NCBI GenBank assembly: GCA_964016885.1
Contig: OZ024744.1
Location: forward strand, 113,646,001 to 113,710,000
Direction: 5' to 3'
From: Eledone cirrhosa
Taxonomy: Eukaryota
Length of the DNA: 64,000 nt
Position numbers and translations under genes: made by a program. Shown piece after piece: positions 60,401 through 64,000 of the stretch. The notes under the pieces were generated by a model. It did no database searches, had not been told where the DNA came from, and worked only from the letters and a program-made list of their open reading frames with translations. Position 1 is the stretch's first letter. Every line of letters begins with the position of its first letter.

Positions 60401-63400
60401 CAACAGTAGTAACCTTGTCATCACCATCAACAGTAGTAACATTGTCATCACCATCAACAGTAATAACATTGTCATCACCATCAACAGTAACAACATTGTC
60501 ATCACCATCAACAGTAACAATATTGTCATCACCATCAACAGTAGTAACATTGTCATCACCATCAACAGTAACAACATTGTCAACACCATCAACAGTAGTA
60601 ACATTGTGTTAACCATCAACAGTAACAACACTGTCATCACCATCAACAGTAGTAACATTGTCATCACCATCAACAGTAGTAACATTGTCATCACCATCAA
60701 CAGTAACAACACACTGTCATCACCATCAACAGTAACAACATTGTCATCACCATCAACAACACTGTCATCACCATCAACAGTAGTAACATTGTCATCACCA
60801 TCAACAGTAGTAACACTGTCATCACCATCAACAGTAACAACATTGTCATCACCATCAACAGTAGTAACATTGTCATCACCATCAACAGTAACAACACTGT
60901 CATCACCATCAACAGTAACAACATTGTCATCACCATCAACAGTAGTAACATTGTCATGAACATCAACAGTAATAACATTGTCATCACCATCAACAGTAGT
61001 AACATTGTCATCACCATCAACAGTAACAACACTGTCATCACCATCAACAGTAACAACATTGTCATCACCATCAACAACACTGTCATCACCATCAACAGTA
61101 GTAACATTGTCATCACCATCAACAGTAATAACATTGTCATCACCATCAACAGTAGTAACACTGTCATCACCATCAACAGTAACAACATTGTCATCACCAT
61201 CAACAGTAACAACACTGTCATCACCATCAACAGTAACAACACTCATCACATTCAACCGTAACAACATTCTCATCACCATCAACCGTAACAACATTCTCAT
61301 CACCATTAACAGTAACAACATTGTCATCACCATCAACAGTAACAACATTCTCATCACCATCAACAGTAACAACACTGTCATCACCATCAACAGTAACAAT
61401 ATTGTCATCACCATCAACAGTAACATTGTGATCACCATCAACAGTAGTAACATTGTCATCACCATCAACAGTAACAACACTGTCATCACCATCAACAGTA
61501 ACAACATTGTCATCACCATCAACAGTAGTAACATTGTCATCACCATCAACAGTACTAACATTGTCATCACCATCAACAGTAACAACACTGTCATCACCAT
61601 CAACAGTAACAACACTGTCATCACCATCAACCGTAACAACATTGTCATCACCACCAACAACACTGTCATCACCATCAGCAGTAGTAACATTGTCATCACC
61701 ATCAACAGTAGTAACACTGTCATCACCATCAACAATAACAACATTGTCATCACCATCAACAGTAACAACACTGTCATTACCATCAACAGTAACTGTATTG
61801 TCATCACCATCAACAGTAACATTGTCATCACCATCAACAGTAGTAACATTTTCATCACCATCAACAGTAACAACACTGTCATCACCATCAACAGTAACAA
61901 CATTTTCATCACCATCAACAATAGTAACATTGCCATCACCATCAACAGTAATAACATTGTCATCACCATCACCAGTAGTAACATTGTCATCACCATCAAC
62001 AGTAACAACACTGTCATCACCATCAACAGTAACAACATTGTCATCACCATCAACAACACTGTCATCACCATCAACAGTAGTAACATTGTCATCACCATCA
62101 ACAGTAATGACATTCTCATCACCATCAACAGTAGTAACACTGTCATCACCATCAACAGTAACAACATTGTCATCACCATCAACAGTAGTAACATTGTCAT
62201 CACCATCAACAGTAACAACACTGTCATCACCATCAACAGTAACAACATTGTCATCACCATCAACAGTAGTAACATTGTCATCACCATCAACAGTAACAAC
62301 ACTGTCATCACCATCAACAGTAACAACATTGTCATCACCATCAACAACACTGTCATCACCATCAACAGTAGTAACATTGTCATCACCATCAACAGTAGTA
62401 ACATTGTCATCACCATCAACAGTAACAACACTGTCATCACCATCAACAGTAACAACATTGTCATCACCATCAACAGTAGTAACATTGTCATCACCATCAA
62501 CAGTAACAACACTGTCATCACCATCAACAGTAACAACATTGTCATCACCATCAACAACACTGTCATCACCATCAACAGTAGTAACATTGTCATCACCATC
62601 AACAGTAATAACATTGTCATCACCATCAACAGTAGTAACACTGTCATCACCATCAACAGTAACAACATTGTCATCACCATCAACAGTAGTAACATTGTCA
62701 TCACCATCAACAGTAACAACATTGTCATCACCATCAACAGTAACAACACTGTCATCACCATCAACAGTAACAACACTGTCATCATAGTCAACCGTAACAA
62801 CATTCTCATCACCATCAACCGTAACAACATTCTCATCACCATTAACAGTAACAACATTGTCATCACCATCAACAGTAACAACATTGTCATCACCATCAAC
62901 AGTAACAACACTGTCATCACCATCAACAGTAACATTGTGATCACCATCAACAGTAGTAACATTGTCATCACCATCAACAGTAACAACACTGTCATCACCA
63001 TCAACAGTAACAACATTGTCATCACCATCAACAGTAGTAACATTGTCATCACCATCAACAGTACTAACATTGTCATCACCATCAACAGTAACAACACTGT
63101 CATCACCATCAACAGTAACAACATTGTCATCACCATCAACAGTAACAACACTGTCATCACCATCAACAGTAACAACACTGTCATCACCATCAACCGTAAC
63201 AACATTGTCATCACCATCAACAGTAACAACACTGTCATCACCATCAACAGTAACAACATTGTCATCACCATGAACAACACTGTCATCACCATCAACAGTA
63301 GTAACATTGTCATCACCATCAACAGTAGTAACACTGTCATCACCATCAACAGTAACAACATTGTCATCACCATCAACAGTAGTAACATTGTCATCACCAT

Positions 63401-64000
63401 CAACAGTAACAACACTGTCATCACCATCAACAGTAACAACATTGTCATCACCATCAACAGTAGTAACATTGTCATGAACATCAACAGTAATAACATTGTC
63501 ATCACCATCAACAGTAGTAACATTGTCATCACCATCAACAGTAACAACACTGTCATCACCATCAACAGTAACAACATTGTCATCACCATCAACAACACTG
63601 TCATCACCATCAACAGTAGTAACATTGTCATCACCATCAACAGTAATAACATTGTCATCACCATCAACAGTAGTAACACTGTCATCACCATCAACAGTAA
63701 CAACATTGTCATCACCATCAACAGTAACAACACTGTCATCACCATCAACAGTAACAACACTCATCACATTCAACCGTAACAACATTCTCATCACCATCAA
63801 CCGTAACAACATTCTCATCACCATTAACAGTAACAACATTGTCATCACCATCAACAGTAACAACATTCTCATCACCATCAACAGTAACAACACTGTCATC
63901 ACCATCAACAGTAACAATATTGTCATCACCATCAACAGTAACATTGTGATCACCATCAACAGTAGTAACATTGTCATCACCATCAACAGTAACAACACAG
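21474..64000. repeat. 27-bp satellite array, more than 42.5 kb (about 1,600 units), open at the right edge, with higher-order duplications
   Basis: Unit ATTGTCATCACCATCAACAGT(AAC/AGT)AAC with recurrent variants (ACTGTC, 24- and 21-bp units) and occasional non-triplet indels. Confidence 0.99.

Noticed and set aside
21416-63998. Giant ORFs (up to 2415 aa) as mucin, ice-binding, RTX-like or adhesin genes
   Set aside because: The ORFs switch between repeat frames at non-triplet indels and the mucin-like frame has many stops. Consensus codons of the IVITINSNN and VDGDDNVVT frames are not one substitution from a stop, so openness is expected without selection. There is no signal peptide or unique domain.

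Overview
Eukaryotic, almost entirely repetitive DNA with no recognisable host exon. The SINE and MITE sequences resemble, from my recall, octopus/cephalopod repeat families; this needs a database check. Positions 1-2880 hold the 5' half of a young-looking CR1-group LINE on the minus strand. Its ORF1 is unusual (Myb/SANT-like domain, polyQ, two CCCH fingers). Its open endonuclease ORF2 lacks an upstream Met and overlaps ORF1 in the -1 frame across two canonical slippery heptamers. Next come a plus-strand CR1-type RT 3' fragment and an RTE-like 3' end, both embedded in about 5.4 kb of (TA)/(TACA) microsatellite. A 72/60-bp minisatellite follows, apparently expanded inside a TTAA-flanked MITE and interrupted by an RTE LINE. 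Positions 16.0-18.3 kb contain a bipartite non-autonomous RTE derivative, two decayed hammerhead-like motifs, a tRNA-derived SINE and a fold-back element with a 67-bp array. An 80-bp minisatellite built from a SINE 3' end then runs directly into a more than 42-kb 27-bp satellite with multi-kb higher-order duplications. The long ORFs over the repeats are judged non-coding.
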